In this document: positions 20,629-30,805 of the stretch, one piece after another
Layout: each line of letters starts with the position of its first letter
Position numbering within the stretch: the first letter of the stretch is position 1
DNA from: an uncultured virus (IMG/VR IMGVR_UViG_3300020048_000037)
Lineage: Duplodnaviria > Heunggongvirae > Uroviricota > Caudoviricetes
Reading direction: 5' to 3' (one strand)
Virus record (IMG/VR): IMGVR_UViG_3300020048_000037
Length of the DNA stretch: 64,000 nucleotides
Translations under genes and position numbers: made by a program
The notes under the pieces: model-generated
The model's database searches: none
The model's input: only the letters and a program-made list of their open reading frames with translations
What the model was told of the DNA's origin: nothing

Positions 20629-21029
20629 ATGTTAAATTTACTTACACTATGTTTTAATTCAAAATCATCTTTTGATATTTGGTTAATTATATTATCAACA
20701 TTTTTACCCATTATTGAATAATAATTTCTGTGCGTACCTTTTTCTAATCTTTTTATTCCATTTATAGTATCAAAATAATGTAATATATAACTACAAATAC
20801 CTGTAGTAATATCATTTGCACTAACAATCAAATGTCTATCTTCAAATGATATTTTTAGTGAAAATACAAATTTAGATTCAGTATTATAAAATAACACTTC
20901 TTTTATAACATTCTGATACTTTTGTATTTGGTATGCATAATACTCACTAAATACATCGACTAAATGATTAAATAATTTTTTTAAATCTTTAGTTTTTTCT
21001 ACTCTTTCAAATGTTTTTATGTATTTCAT
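20625..21029 (-). CDS. Dual-tag family protein
   Basis: MKYIKTFE...SKFNI*. Confidence 0.8.
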   Translation of the reverse strand: MKYIKTFERVEKTKDLKKLFNHLVDVFSEYYAYQIQKYQNVIKEVLFYNTESKFVFSLKISFEDRHLIVSANDITTGICSYILHYFDTINGIKRLEKGTHRNYYSIMGKNVDNIINQISKDDFELKHSVSKFNI

Positions 21030-21460
21030 AAATTAAATTTATTTGCATCATTATATATTTCATATTTATAATCAAAATCTTCTATTGTTATTTGTTTAAT
21101 TATATCATCAACATCACCAATTATATCATATGTAATATAATATTTTGTTTCATTTGATACTTTCAATCCACTTATACTTTTAAAATATTGCATAATAAAA
21201 AAATATAATTTGGTATTTTTATTTCTATGTATTGATAAATGTGAACCTAATATTGAATCTACAGATATTGTATACAAATTAAATTTGTATAAATCATAAA
21301 ATTCTGTTTCATGTTGTCCATTACTATTATAATAATTGGAATAATCATAAGAATATATATTTAATATTTTTATCAAATGACTTAATAATTTTTTTACTTC
21401 TGTATCAGAATTATCAAAATTATCATTTGTTTTTTTCATAAAATCTTTAAATTTTTTCAT
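21026..21460 (-). CDS. Dual-tag family protein
   Basis: MKKFKDF...NKFNL*. Confidence 0.8.
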   Translation of the reverse strand: MKKFKDFMKKTNDNFDNSDTEVKKLLSHLIKILNIYSYDYSNYYNSNGQHETEFYDLYKFNLYTISVDSILGSHLSIHRNKNTKLYFFIMQYFKSISGLKVSNETKYYITYDIIGDVDDIIKQITIEDFDYKYEIYNDANKFNL

Positions 21461-21786
21461 ATATTAAATTTACTTGCATTTTTCATAATATTAAAATCAT
21501 CTATTTCTTCTTTGTTCATTAATCTTTTAATTTCAGCTTGTCTAACAGAAATTGTATCAGTATCACATATATTTGCAACATACGGATAGGGAAAACTACT
21601 ATCGAATTTTTGTAAACTTACTATTTCAGCAAAATTAGTATCAGGTATTGGATCTTGAATTCCAATACTATTATTATATTTTATCATTTCTTCTAAATCC
21701 AATAATACATAATCACCAGGTTTATATATTAATGAATCTATTGGATTTTTTAATTCTAATTCTTCATATGTTTTTAAATATTTCAT
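21457..21786 (-). CDS. Dual-tag family, GDYV member
   Basis: MKYLKTYE..PGDYV..SKFNI*. Confidence 0.8.
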   Translation of the reverse strand: MKYLKTYEELELKNPIDSLIYKPGDYVLLDLEEMIKYNNSIGIQDPIPDTNFAEIVSLQKFDSSFPYPYVANICDTDTISVRQAEIKRLMNKEEIDDFNIMKNASKFNI

Positions 21787-22235
21787 ATATTAAATTTTTT
21801 TACATCATATTTTAAATTAAAATCATCAATATATATTCTTTTAATTATGGTATCAATATTATCAATGATTTTAAATCCAATAAATGTATTATAATCTTCC
21901 ATAATTGATAATCCATCAATTGTCTTAAAATACGGAACAATAAAATCAGCCAATGAATTATCATCTATATTTCTTTTTATTGATAAATAACCACTATGTG
22001 TTGTATTTACTTCAATTTCAAATAAATCTGGAAACACACCAAATCCTTCATCATTTATAAAACCTTTTTCAGTTTTACAAATTAACTTATATCCTTTAAT
22101 ATAATTATATTCATAATATCTTAATGAACACATTAAATTCATTTCACTAAACATATTTTTTATATGCTCAATTAATTTTTTAAGTTCTTCAATAGAATTA
22201 TATTCTATATTTTCGTATTTTTTTAAATATTTCAT
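21783..22235 (-). CDS. Dual-tag family protein
   Basis: MKYLKKYE...KKFNI*. Confidence 0.8.
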   Translation of the reverse strand: MKYLKKYENIEYNSIEELKKLIEHIKNMFSEMNLMCSLRYYEYNYIKGYKLICKTEKGFINDEGFGVFPDLFEIEVNTTHSGYLSIKRNIDDNSLADFIVPYFKTIDGLSIMEDYNTFIGFKIIDNIDTIIKRIYIDDFNLKYDVKKFNI

Positions 22236-22669
22236 AAATTAAATTTTTTTGAACTTGCAAATAACATAAGTTTTTCTTCATCTATATGTTCAATTACTTC
22301 ATAAACATCACCATAAATATAAAATTCACATTCATCTTCTACTTTTTTATTAAATTTAATACCATTAACTGTTTTTAAATAATCTGGTATAGCAGAAACT
22401 AATAAATTATCACTTTTTTCGAACGAATAAAAAGATATAGTTTCGTCTTCTTCTATTGCACCAATTTTAAATGTTCCTTTACTTGAACCGTTCATATAAA
22501 ACATTATTAAATATTCGTTAGGATTAGAGTTCATATTAATAAAATCAAATCCAAATGTAGATATAAATCCTGTGATGAATTTTATAAATATTGGGATATT
22601 TTTTTTGAATCTATCGATATCTTCTTCTGTATAATATTCTCCTTCATATATTTTAAATTTTGTAATCAT
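22232..22669 (-). CDS. Dual-tag family protein
   Basis: MITKFKIYE...KKFNL*. Confidence 0.8.
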   Translation of the reverse strand: MITKFKIYEGEYYTEEDIDRFKKNIPIFIKFITGFISTFGFDFINMNSNPNEYLIMFYMNGSSKGTFKIGAIEEDETISFYSFEKSDNLLVSAIPDYLKTVNGIKFNKKVEDECEFYIYGDVYEVIEHIDEEKLMLFASSKKFNL

Positions 22670-23010
22670 ATGTTAAATTTGTTAGTTTGTAATATCATTT
22701 CTAAATCTTCTCTATTTTTAGACCAATATTTTATATCGTTTTTATAAAATGATAAAACATATTTACCTAAATCTTTAAAATTAAGCCAATCTAATTCATC
22801 TGGTAGAAAATCATATTTAACCATATAAGAATATTCTATTTCATTATAATGGTTTAAATTCTGTATTTCCATTAGTTTACCAATATTATTGCTTGTGAAT
22901 TTATCACGAAAAAGAACATCATCAGTTTCATAATTATAGCATATTACATAATCACCAACTTCAGGTTCATTTACATTTAATTTTTCATATATTTTAAATT
23001 TTGTAATCAT
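22666..23010 (-). CDS. Dual-tag family, GDYV member
   Basis: MITKFKIYE..PEVGDYVIC..NKFNI*. Confidence 0.8.
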   Translation of the reverse strand: MITKFKIYEKLNVNEPEVGDYVICYNYETDDVLFRDKFTSNNIGKLMEIQNLNHYNEIEYSYMVKYDFLPDELDWLNFKDLGKYVLSFYKNDIKYWSKNREDLEMILQTNKFNI

Positions 23011-23324
23011 ATGTTAAATTTATTCAAGTTTATGTACATTTCTAATTCTTCTCTATTTTTTGAAAATTTTAAAATATCTTGTCTAGCTAATCTAAAAGCT
23101 GTACTATCTGAAGCTGCTGTATACATATGTAAATCTGCAGGTATATTATCATATCGTATTATATGAGAATTCATACTATATTTAATTATATTAATTATTT
23201 GCCCTATATTATTTCTTATAAATATATTAGCTTCATGTTCATCATCAGCATTACGCCAATTACATATTACATAATCACCAATTTCTGGTTCAGATAATTC
23301 TTTATATATTTTTAAATGTTTCAT
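23007..23324 (-). CDS. Dual-tag family, GDYV member
   Basis: MKHLKIYKE..PEIGDYVIC..NKFNI*. Confidence 0.8.
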   Translation of the reverse strand: MKHLKIYKELSEPEIGDYVICNWRNADDEHEANIFIRNNIGQIINIIKYSMNSHIIRYDNIPADLHMYTAASDSTAFRLARQDILKFSKNREELEMYINLNKFNI

Positions 23325-23647
23325 AAGTTAAATTTTCTCATATTTTTTAATAATTCTCCATTTTTTATGGTGAAATATCTTTGTAATTTTTCATCAGGAA
23401 CTAAATGATTAAATCCAGTTAAATAAATTCCTCCCATTGTATTTTTAGTAATTTTTTTATTTTTTCCTTTTTTAACAAATAATTTATCTCCAAATAGACT
23501 CAATTTTGGTGAATTATAATTTACTTCAACTCCTTTTGGTAATCTGATATAAATATCATACTTCGCAATTAGAATATCACCTTCTTTTAGATTTACAAAA
23601 TCTTCAATTGAATCTTGATAATCTTCATATATTTTTAAATGTTTCAT
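23321..23647 (-). CDS. Dual-tag family protein
   Basis: MKHLKIYE...RKFNL*. Confidence 0.8.
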   Translation of the reverse strand: MKHLKIYEDYQDSIEDFVNLKEGDILIAKYDIYIRLPKGVEVNYNSPKLSLFGDKLFVKKGKNKKITKNTMGGIYLTGFNHLVPDEKLQRYFTIKNGELLKNMRKFNL

Positions 23648-24228
23648 TATTTTTTTATTCTATCTATTAATTTTGTTATTAAAACTTTAGTTATTAAGTC
23701 ATTATTTACTATATTATTAACATCTCCTATAGAAACTCTAATACATTTAGATAGTTTCTCATTTGTAGTACCATCAGTAGGTGGTTTAATTTGTTTGTAT
23801 GTATTTACTGGTAATTCTAAAAAACAAATGTGTATTTGATTTGAATTATATTTATCTATAAAAAACGGACCCTCAAAATCAAATTGGAATAAATCATTTA
23901 ATACTATACCACCCTCTTCATATAATTCTCGTCTTATTGCCTGTTCAGGCGTTTCTCCTTCTTCTATTCCACCAGTAATAACTGTTAAGTAATTTGTTAG
24001 ATTTCTAAGATTTATGTTTTCACGATTCTTATATTGATACGCAGGTAGATATTCTAATCTCATTAAAATAGTAGCCTCATCTCTAAAATATGGTAATATA
24101 GCAATACTATCGTGTCCTTTAGTTATTTCTGAATCTTTATATTGAATCACATCAAGATATTTACCATTAAATATAATATTATCTTCTGGTATAACTGGTT
24201 TATCTTTTATTTGTGTAAATTTTTCCAT
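23647..24228 (-). CDS. Nudix hydrolase (ADP-ribose pyrophosphatase-like)
   Basis: Nudix box GGIEEGETPEQAIRRELYEEGG; first gene of array. Confidence 0.9.
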   Translation of the reverse strand: MEKFTQIKDKPVIPEDNIIFNGKYLDVIQYKDSEITKGHDSIAILPYFRDEATILMRLEYLPAYQYKNRENINLRNLTNYLTVITGGIEEGETPEQAIRRELYEEGGIVLNDLFQFDFEGPFFIDKYNSNQIHICFLELPVNTYKQIKPPTDGTTNEKLSKCIRVSIGDVNNIVNNDLITKVLITKLIDRIKK

Positions 24229-24305
24229 TAGTAATCTTTTTTCTTTATATATTAAAAAACTAACTGCATTTTTTTTTCTATAAAAAATAGAAAAATAAAT
24301 TTTAC

Positions 24306-24587
24306 ATGGAAATTAAAAATATAGAACTCAGAGAATATTATTGTGATTTTATTAATAATAGAATAAACACATATAAGAGATATAAAAACTCAAAATTTGA
24401 TATAAAAACATATGAAGATATGATTGTTTTTTTTAATTCTATAAAAAATGATTATAGTGTAAAATTAGAAAGTAGATTATATGCAGAATATATATTAGAT
24501 GTTGTTGAAAAAAAATATAGAAAAGCATTTAATATTAGAAAATTAAAAATAGAAAAAATAAACGAATTGTATGACTCCAATAATTAA
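24306..24587 (+). CDS. Hypothetical protein, RxxK tag
   Basis: IRKLKIEKINE. Confidence 0.7.
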   Translation: MEIKNIELREYYCDFINNRINTYKRYKNSKFDIKTYEDMIVFFNSIKNDYSVKLESRLYAEYILDVVEKKYRKAFNIRKLKIEKINELYDSNN

Positions 24588-25407
24588 TATATCTGAACTA
24601 GAAAATGAATTTTTTAGTGTGAATAAAACTAATGAACAAAAAAGTGTTATACATTTTGTTGATTATAATAATCAAACTCAACCATCAACAAGTATATATC
24701 CTGCTAGTATTGGTGTTAATATTTATAATAAATCAATAACACTCAACAATTTATATATTAGTACAAACACAACTAATATTAGTCAAGAACAATTAAATAA
24801 TCACGTGAAAAATATTATAAATGTTAAATTATTTGAAGAGTTTATACCTAAGTTATATAATCTTGCAGAAAAACATAGAAAATATAGTAATATTAATAGA
24901 CTTGATATATCAATTAGAAAATTAAAAAATAAATATGCAAATGATGTTGATATTAATAATAAAATAATAAGAAATATTTATAGTAAAATTACTTCATCTT
25001 GTATTTATATTGCAACTCAAGGTAGAATAGGACCAGGTAGTTTTATTATTTTTAATAATAATGTATCAAATAAAATTTATAGAATAATTTCAGAAACAAA
25101 TGATAGTATGCTTCATAATAAAATATATCCTTATGTTACAGATTTAATAAAATCAGATGTTATTATATTAGGACGTAAGAATAAAATTGATCAACCAGGT
25201 ATTCATGCTATAATACTAACTGATGATAAAGGTAATATTGAATTTAAACAAATAGATACGCCACATGGAAATAAATATGTATGTCATTTTGTTATTGAAG
25301 AATGTGGATTTACACCAGAAACTCAATATATTATGATTGATACAAAAGATATATCAGATTATAGACGTGAAAAGATAAATAAAATAAATGAAAGCATAAA
25401 TGAATAA
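24571..25407 (+). CDS. Truncated T4 gp23 (major capsid)-like protein, RxxK tag
   Basis: IATQGRIGPGSFII and YVTD...VIILGRK..DQPGI resemble gp23 IARxTGRGxGNFII and VYID..TVGYKG..DAGI; ends YRREKINKINE. Confidence 0.5.
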   Translation: MTPIINISELENEFFSVNKTNEQKSVIHFVDYNNQTQPSTSIYPASIGVNIYNKSITLNNLYISTNTTNISQEQLNNHVKNIINVKLFEEFIPKLYNLAEKHRKYSNINRLDISIRKLKNKYANDVDINNKIIRNIYSKITSSCIYIATQGRIGPGSFIIFNNNVSNKIYRIISETNDSMLHNKIYPYVTDLIKSDVIILGRKNKIDQPGIHAIILTDDKGNIEFKQIDTPHGNKYVCHFVIEECGFTPETQYIMIDTKDISDYRREKINKINESINE

Positions 25408-25788
25408 TATAGTAATACCAAAAAATTTAGAAGAATCATATTTGTTTATTAATAATTTAGATAATACTAGTAAAAATGAATGGTTAAAAAAAATGAAGAT
25501 GATGCAATATCATCAGCACATTTTGGATTAGGTATGTGGATAAGAAATAATTTTAAATTATGGGAAGAAAAATCAGAATTAAAAAATTGGTTCATTGATA
25601 ATTATTTTATAGATCATCCTGATGATATATCATCAATAATATTATTGTATTATTATCAAAAAAAGAACGAACATAAAATTGATTTATCAAAACAATTAAA
25701 AATGTGTTATACTCATTGGATGAAATATGATCCAGAATATAAAAAGAAAATTAGAAAATTTAAATTAAATAATTTATATGGAAAATAA
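25400..25788 (+). pseudogene. Hypothetical protein (HFGLGMWIRN motif), frameshift in A-run near 25490, RxxK tag
   Basis: MNNIVIPKNLEE from 25400 joins 25480..25788 only after a 1-nt shift; may be an assembly error. Confidence 0.5.
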
Positions 25789-25990
25789 ATCAAAATTTAA
25801 AAAAGATGATATCATTGTTGTATTAAAAGATTTTTTTATACCAGGAACAGGTGTTACATTTAGTTATTATAAAGGACATAAATATAAATTAGAATGTATT
25901 TTAAAATGGCAAGTTCCTGTGAGACATGAGGTTAATTTAATAACTAAAATTGAAAGAAAGAAAAAAATAATTAAAATAAATAATGGATAA
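25778..25990 (+). CDS. Hypothetical protein, RxxK tag
   Basis: ERKKKIIKINNG*. Confidence 0.65.
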   Translation: MENKSKFKKDDIIVVLKDFFIPGTGVTFSYYKGHKYKLECILKWQVPVRHEVNLITKIERKKKIIKINNG

Positions 25991-28322
25991 TTACTTTATA
26001 AAAGCAAGCACAAGTTTCATTGGACAAACTGGTTATAATGCACATGCAAGAGATTTTTTCACAGCATTAAGCAAAAAAAATAACTTAAAAATTAGAAATT
26101 TTACTGTTGGTAAAAGTTGGAATGGATTAGGAGTAAAATTAAATAATGGTAGATATGGTGATCCACACAAAAAAGAAAAATATTTAACTGAATATCAAAG
26201 AAATTTGATTTCAGAACAAACATTATATTCTGATCCAAATACACCAGGTTATTACAATGGACTCTGTGATTTTAATATAAACACTGAAAGTCTAGTTGAA
26301 TATACTCAAGATAAAATAATTGATATTATATTAAGTGAAACTAATCATCAATATTTTTATAATCTTGAAAAATATAAAGGATTCAAAATAGCATATAATG
26401 TATGGGAATCAACTAAATATGATGATGATTTCTTTGAATTATTAAAACAATATGATCAATTTTGGTGTCCATCTGAATGGCAAAAACAATGCGTTATAAA
26501 TCAAGGATATCCAAAAGATAGAGTGTTTGTAGTACCTGAAGCAGTTGATGGTAACATATTTAAACCAGATTTTTTTAATTCTGAAATTGATATGTATAAA
26601 GATAATAGATTCAAATTTGTTATGTTTGGTAGATGGGAATATAGAAAATCTACAAAAGAAATTATTGAAACATTTTTAAAAACTTTCACAAAAGAAGATC
26701 CAGTAGATTTAATATTAGCTGTTGATAATTCTGATTATGCTAATGATGGAATGAAAACAACTGAAAATAGATTAGAGTTTTATAATTTTAAAGATGATAG
26801 ACTAAAGGTTCTACATTTTGTCGAAAGAAAGGATTATATTAATTATTTAAAAAATGGTCATGTATTTTTATCTTGTTCAAGATCAGAAGGTTGGAATTTA
26901 CCTCTTTGTATTCCTTCTGGTAAATTAATATTTAGTAATAATAGTTTTATAACAATAGAATCAATAAAGGAAAATGATATTGTTATTAGTCACACAGGAA
27001 AAGAGCAAAAAGTATTAAAAGCATTTAAAAATAAATACAATGGTGATATAACAAAAATTGATTTATATAATGATTTTGAACAATTAGAATTAACTCCAGA
27101 ACATCCTGTTTATGCGATTAAAAGAAATAAATTTATAACAAAAAAAGGAAAATTTAATAACATACCAAATATTAAGCCAGAGTGGATAAAATCAAAAGAT
27201 ATTAAAAAAGGAGATATAATTTTAAGAACAACTATACCTCAAACTTATTTTGAAACAGAAAAATTTGATTTGCTTACATTAGATGATACTTTATTATATG
27301 ATAATGAAAAAGTGTGGTATAAAACAGGATATAATTATAAAAGTGAAAAACTTACATATAATAGATTTATTAATTTGTATGATTTATCTTTTTTATTTGG
27401 TTGGTATATAGCAGAAGGTTGTGATTCATCATATAAGTTGACTTTTTCTTTAAATGCACAAAAAGAAATACATATAGCGGAAAATATTATATCTGAGATA
27501 AAAATAATATTTAATGCAAAAGGAACATATTTTATTAAAGATAATAGATTAGTTGTAGTTTTTAATTCTACTATTTTATGTAAATTTTTTAATAATTTCT
27601 GTGGAAAAATGTCATATAATAAAATAATACCAGAAAAATATCTTTTAGGACCATTAAATATTTTAGATGAATTAGTTAAAAACATGGTATTAGGTGATGG
27701 ATGTTTTTTAGATGCAACTAATAGATTTAATTATACAACAGTATCAAAAATATTAGCTAGACAATTAATGTTTGCTAATCAAAGATTGAATAAAAAAACA
27801 TCACTACAACTTAATAAAAGGAAAAGAATTGATAAGAGACCTTGTTATACGTTATCTTGGAGTATAAATAATGAAAATTACAGGCATAGTAATAAGTCTT
27901 GGTGGCATCCTGAAGGATTAGCAATTTTAGTAAAAAATATTAAATTTGAAAAATATGATGATTATGTTTATAACTGTGAAATTGAAAATGATAATTCATA
28001 TCTTATGTCAAACGCAACAGTACATAATTGTGAATCGTTGGCTTGTGGTACACCATCAATATATTCTAATTGTAGTGGTCAGTTAGAATTTGCAGAAGGA
28101 AAAGGACATCCAGTTAAAATATTACATGAAACTCCTGTTCCTAATGGAGTTGGAAATTATTATGAGCCAGATTTTAACGATTTATCAAAAGTGATGAAAG
28201 ATGTATATGTAAATTATTGGAGATATAAAGAAAAAGCAATAAAAGAATCAGAAATTATTAGAAATGAATTTTCTTGGGAAAATGCAGCAGATAAAGCTAT
28301 AAAAATACTTAATAATATATGA
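25983..28322 (+). CDS. GT4-type glycosyltransferase interrupted by an intein
   Basis: TGYNAHAR, YNVWES, GRWEYRK, SRSEGWNLPL|CESLACGTP. Confidence 0.9.
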   Translation: MDNYFIKASTSFIGQTGYNAHARDFFTALSKKNNLKIRNFTVGKSWNGLGVKLNNGRYGDPHKKEKYLTEYQRNLISEQTLYSDPNTPGYYNGLCDFNINTESLVEYTQDKIIDIILSETNHQYFYNLEKYKGFKIAYNVWESTKYDDDFFELLKQYDQFWCPSEWQKQCVINQGYPKDRVFVVPEAVDGNIFKPDFFNSEIDMYKDNRFKFVMFGRWEYRKSTKEIIETFLKTFTKEDPVDLILAVDNSDYANDGMKTTENRLEFYNFKDDRLKVLHFVERKDYINYLKNGHVFLSCSRSEGWNLPLCIPSGKLIFSNNSFITIESIKENDIVISHTGKEQKVLKAFKNKYNGDITKIDLYNDFEQLELTPEHPVYAIKRNKFITKKGKFNNIPNIKPEWIKSKDIKKGDIILRTTIPQTYFETEKFDLLTLDDTLLYDNEKVWYKTGYNYKSEKLTYNRFINLYDLSFLFGWYIAEGCDSSYKLTFSLNAQKEIHIAENIISEIKIIFNAKGTYFIKDNRLVVVFNSTILCKFFNNFCGKMSYNKIIPEKYLLGPLNILDELVKNMVLGDGCFLDATNRFNYTTVSKILARQLMFANQRLNKKTSLQLNKRKRIDKRPCYTLSWSINNENYRHSNKSWWHPEGLAILVKNIKFEKYDDYVYNCEIENDNSYLMSNATVHNCESLACGTPSIYSNCSGQLEFAEGKGHPVKILHETPVPNGVGNYYEPDFNDLSKVMKDVYVNYWRYKEKAIKESEIIRNEFSWENAADKAIKILNNI
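26907..28028 (+). mobile_element. Intein with LAGLIDADG homing endonuclease (374 aa)
   Basis: Starts CIPSG, block B LTPEHPV, GWYIAEG and MVLGDG motifs, ends VHN followed by Cys+1. Confidence 0.92.
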
Positions 28323-28588
28323 CAATTTGGTTTAGTAGAAAAATAAATGGTAAGAAACAATATTGTAGCAAATCAATATCAATTAATTATCATATAAATC
28401 ATTGGAAATTAATAAATTTTAGAACAAATGGCGCAACAAAAGGAATAAAAGAAGATAAATGTTTAGATATTAATATTTATATATTAGGTTTATTTTTATC
28501 TTATACAAATTATGATTATAACTATAAATATAGATATACAGANNNNNNNNNNNNNNNNNNNNNNNNNNNNNNNNNNTCGCAAACTTAA
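28319..28588 (+). CDS. Hypothetical protein (3' frame uncertain, N gap)
   Basis: Alternative frame after the gap reads RKLKLIKI (RxxK tag). Confidence 0.55.
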   Translation: MTIWFSRKINGKKQYCSKSISINYHINHWKLINFRTNGATKGIKEDKCLDINIYILGLFLSYTNYDYNYKYRYTXXXXXXXXXXXXSQT

Positions 28589-28615
28589 ATTAATAAAAAT
28601 TAACAAACCGAAAAA

Positions 28616-28990
28616 ATGGGATTTTTTAAAAAGAAAAAAAATATTCAACCAACAATAGAATATATTGAGAATAAATATAAGATAAAATTAACATATCCAT
28701 ACCAAATTATAGATAAATCTATACTAATTTTTGATGATAATTTTTATGATGAAATAAGAAACTTTGGATGTTCTGACATTATTTATGGTACTTGTATGAT
28801 CCACAAAAATTGTATATGCTCTGGTAAATTTATATTTGATCCAGATACAGGTAAACCAATTGAAAAAATTAAAAGAAAATGTGATAATTGTAATTATTAT
28901 CCAGTAGTCAAAGAATATCAAGATAGTCTTGATGTGAAAAAAGTTAGACTTAAAAAAATAAATAAATTAAATGAGTTTATTAAACGATAA
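28616..28990 (+). CDS. Cys-rich hypothetical protein, RxxK tag
   Basis: VRLKKINKL. Confidence 0.7.
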   Translation: MGFFKKKKNIQPTIEYIENKYKIKLTYPYQIIDKSILIFDDNFYDEIRNFGCSDIIYGTCMIHKNCICSGKFIFDPDTGKPIEKIKRKCDNCNYYPVVKEYQDSLDVKKVRLKKINKLNEFIKR

Positions 28991-29261
28991 TGGTGATAAT
29001 GGACCAAAATTGATGAAAAAATTTAGTTGTGAAAATTGTATTTTTTTAGGTAATGCTGCATATCATGTAAGAAAACAATATAAATGCTTTCATCCAGATT
29101 CTATCAAAAATGATAAAACACAATTTGAAATAATAGCTGGAAATATTACATCAGGTAAAATAACACCAAGCTTTTGTCCATTTATTGTTAAAAAATATAG
29201 ACTTGAAAAAATAAATGAAATAGAAAGTAAAATAATAAATAACTTGAAAATTACTACATGA
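28971..29261 (+). CDS. Cys-containing hypothetical protein, RxxK tag
   Basis: CENC..C.HP..TPSFCP; YRLEKINEI. Confidence 0.7.
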   Translation: MSLLNDNGDNGPKLMKKFSCENCIFLGNAAYHVRKQYKCFHPDSIKNDKTQFEIIAGNITSGKITPSFCPFIVKKYRLEKINEIESKIINNLKITT

Positions 29262-29292
29262 TATTAATTTATCTTCTATTGAAAAATATATA

Positions 29293-29385
29293 ATGATTAA
29301 ATCTACTTGTGCTAGTTGTAAAGAAAAAACTATTTATGAACATTACTGTAGTATTAAGTTTCAACGATTAGAAAAACTAAAATAA
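29293..29385 (+). CDS. Micro-ORF or remnant with RxxK tag
   Basis: MIKSTCASCKEKTIYEHYCSIKFQRLEKLK*. Confidence 0.4.
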   Translation: MIKSTCASCKEKTIYEHYCSIKFQRLEKLK

Positions 29386-29446
29386 ATAATGAATATAGAT
29401 GGATAATAAATATTTAATAAAATAAAATAAACAACTTTTTAATTAT

Positions 29447-30805
29447 TTATTTCTTCTTTTTGTAAAAAATATCTAACCAATTGTTTTTTTTACAAATTCT
29501 ATATATTTTGTGATTTTTATTTTTTAGTTCACTTCTATTTTTAAATTTTGATGTAATAATTTTACATGTATCAAAATTACATTTTTCATTTGGATAAAAG
29601 TCATCTAACCAATTATTTTTTTTACTAAAATTATATATTGTTCTTTTATTATGTGACAATTCATATATTGTATTATATTTTAATGATATTTTTTTACAGT
29701 AATCATAATTCAGTTTTCTGTTTGATCCACCTAAATTACCACCTTTGACTTTATTTAAAATATTGTAGTTCAATTTCCTATAGTATTCAATAAAAATTAT
29801 TTCCATTTCTTGTGCTTGCTCATATGGTATAAAATCTGTCAATTCGTTAAATATAGGAGTTATTTTTGTTTTATTTATATATTCTATAACAGATGAATTT
29901 GTATTTTTGTTTAAATGTTGGTTATATCTAGTTTTTATATTGCAAGTTAATCCAATATAAATAGATTTATCTTCAAATTCAAATGAATATATTATTCTAT
30001 CTGATTTGTTTATAGTTGTTGTCATATGGGAACAAACATCATTCAGCCATTTATTTTTATTACATTTTAGGTATGCTACATTACTTTTTTTAATCCATTC
30101 TGATTTAGTTGTATATTTTAATGCATCTTCATGACATCTTTCTTTAGTCCAATAATCATTTGGTTGTCTACCAATTATCATATGTGAGCAAATTTCATCA
30201 AGACAATTTAATTTTAGTGATGCTTTATATGCATCATAATGATTATTCATAAATTCTATTTTATCTTTACATAGAATAGATATTTCTAAACATTTTTCTT
30301 TAGTCCAATAGCCTTTTGGTTTTTGTTTTTCTGACATATGTATACAAATATCATCTAACCAATTATTTTTTCTGGATATAGAATAAGCAGTAGAATAATT
30401 TATACTAAATTCTCTTCTACTATTACATAATAATGACTTGTCATGACATCTTTCTTTAGTCCAATATCCATTTGGTTGTTTAACAATTATCATATGTGAA
30501 CAAATTTCATCCAACCAATTATTATCACATGAAATTCTATAAATATGAGATTTTTTTGACTTAAAATCACTTCGTGTAGTATATTTTAATGCAACCTCAT
30601 GACATTTTTCTTTATTCCAATATCCTGTTTTATTTTTAATTATAATCATATGATTGCATATATCATATAACCATTTATTTTTTACACATTTAACATACGC
30701 TGATGAATATTTATTATTGAATTCTATTCTACTACTACATAGTAATGCGACTTCATGGCATTTTTCTTTTGTCCAATAGTTTCTTAATTTATTTTTTTCA
30801 TTCAT
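29447..30805 (-). CDS. GIY-YIG endonuclease with tandem YWTKExC repeats (cassette 2)
   Basis: Five approx. 52-aa repeats YWTKEKCH..WLDxICxHM; IIYSFEF..IYIGLT..RYNQH. Confidence 0.85.
   Translation of the reverse strand: MNEKNKLRNYWTKEKCHEVALLCSSRIEFNNKYSSAYVKCVKNKWLYDICNHMIIIKNKTGYWNKEKCHEVALKYTTRSDFKSKKSHIYRISCDNNWLDEICSHMIIVKQPNGYWTKERCHDKSLLCNSRREFSINYSTAYSISRKNNWLDDICIHMSEKQKPKGYWTKEKCLEISILCKDKIEFMNNHYDAYKASLKLNCLDEICSHMIIGRQPNDYWTKERCHEDALKYTTKSEWIKKSNVAYLKCNKNKWLNDVCSHMTTTINKSDRIIYSFEFEDKSIYIGLTCNIKTRYNQHLNKNTNSSVIEYINKTKITPIFNELTDFIPYEQAQEMEIIFIEYYRKLNYNILNKVKGGNLGGSNRKLNYDYCKKISLKYNTIYELSHNKRTIYNFSKKNNWLDDFYPNEKCNFDTCKIITSKFKNRSELKNKNHKIYRICKKNNWLDIFYKKKK

Noticed and set aside
29990..30790. 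Approx. 156-bp repeats as a non-coding array
   Set aside because: Coding YWTKExC repeats of the GIY-YIG protein.
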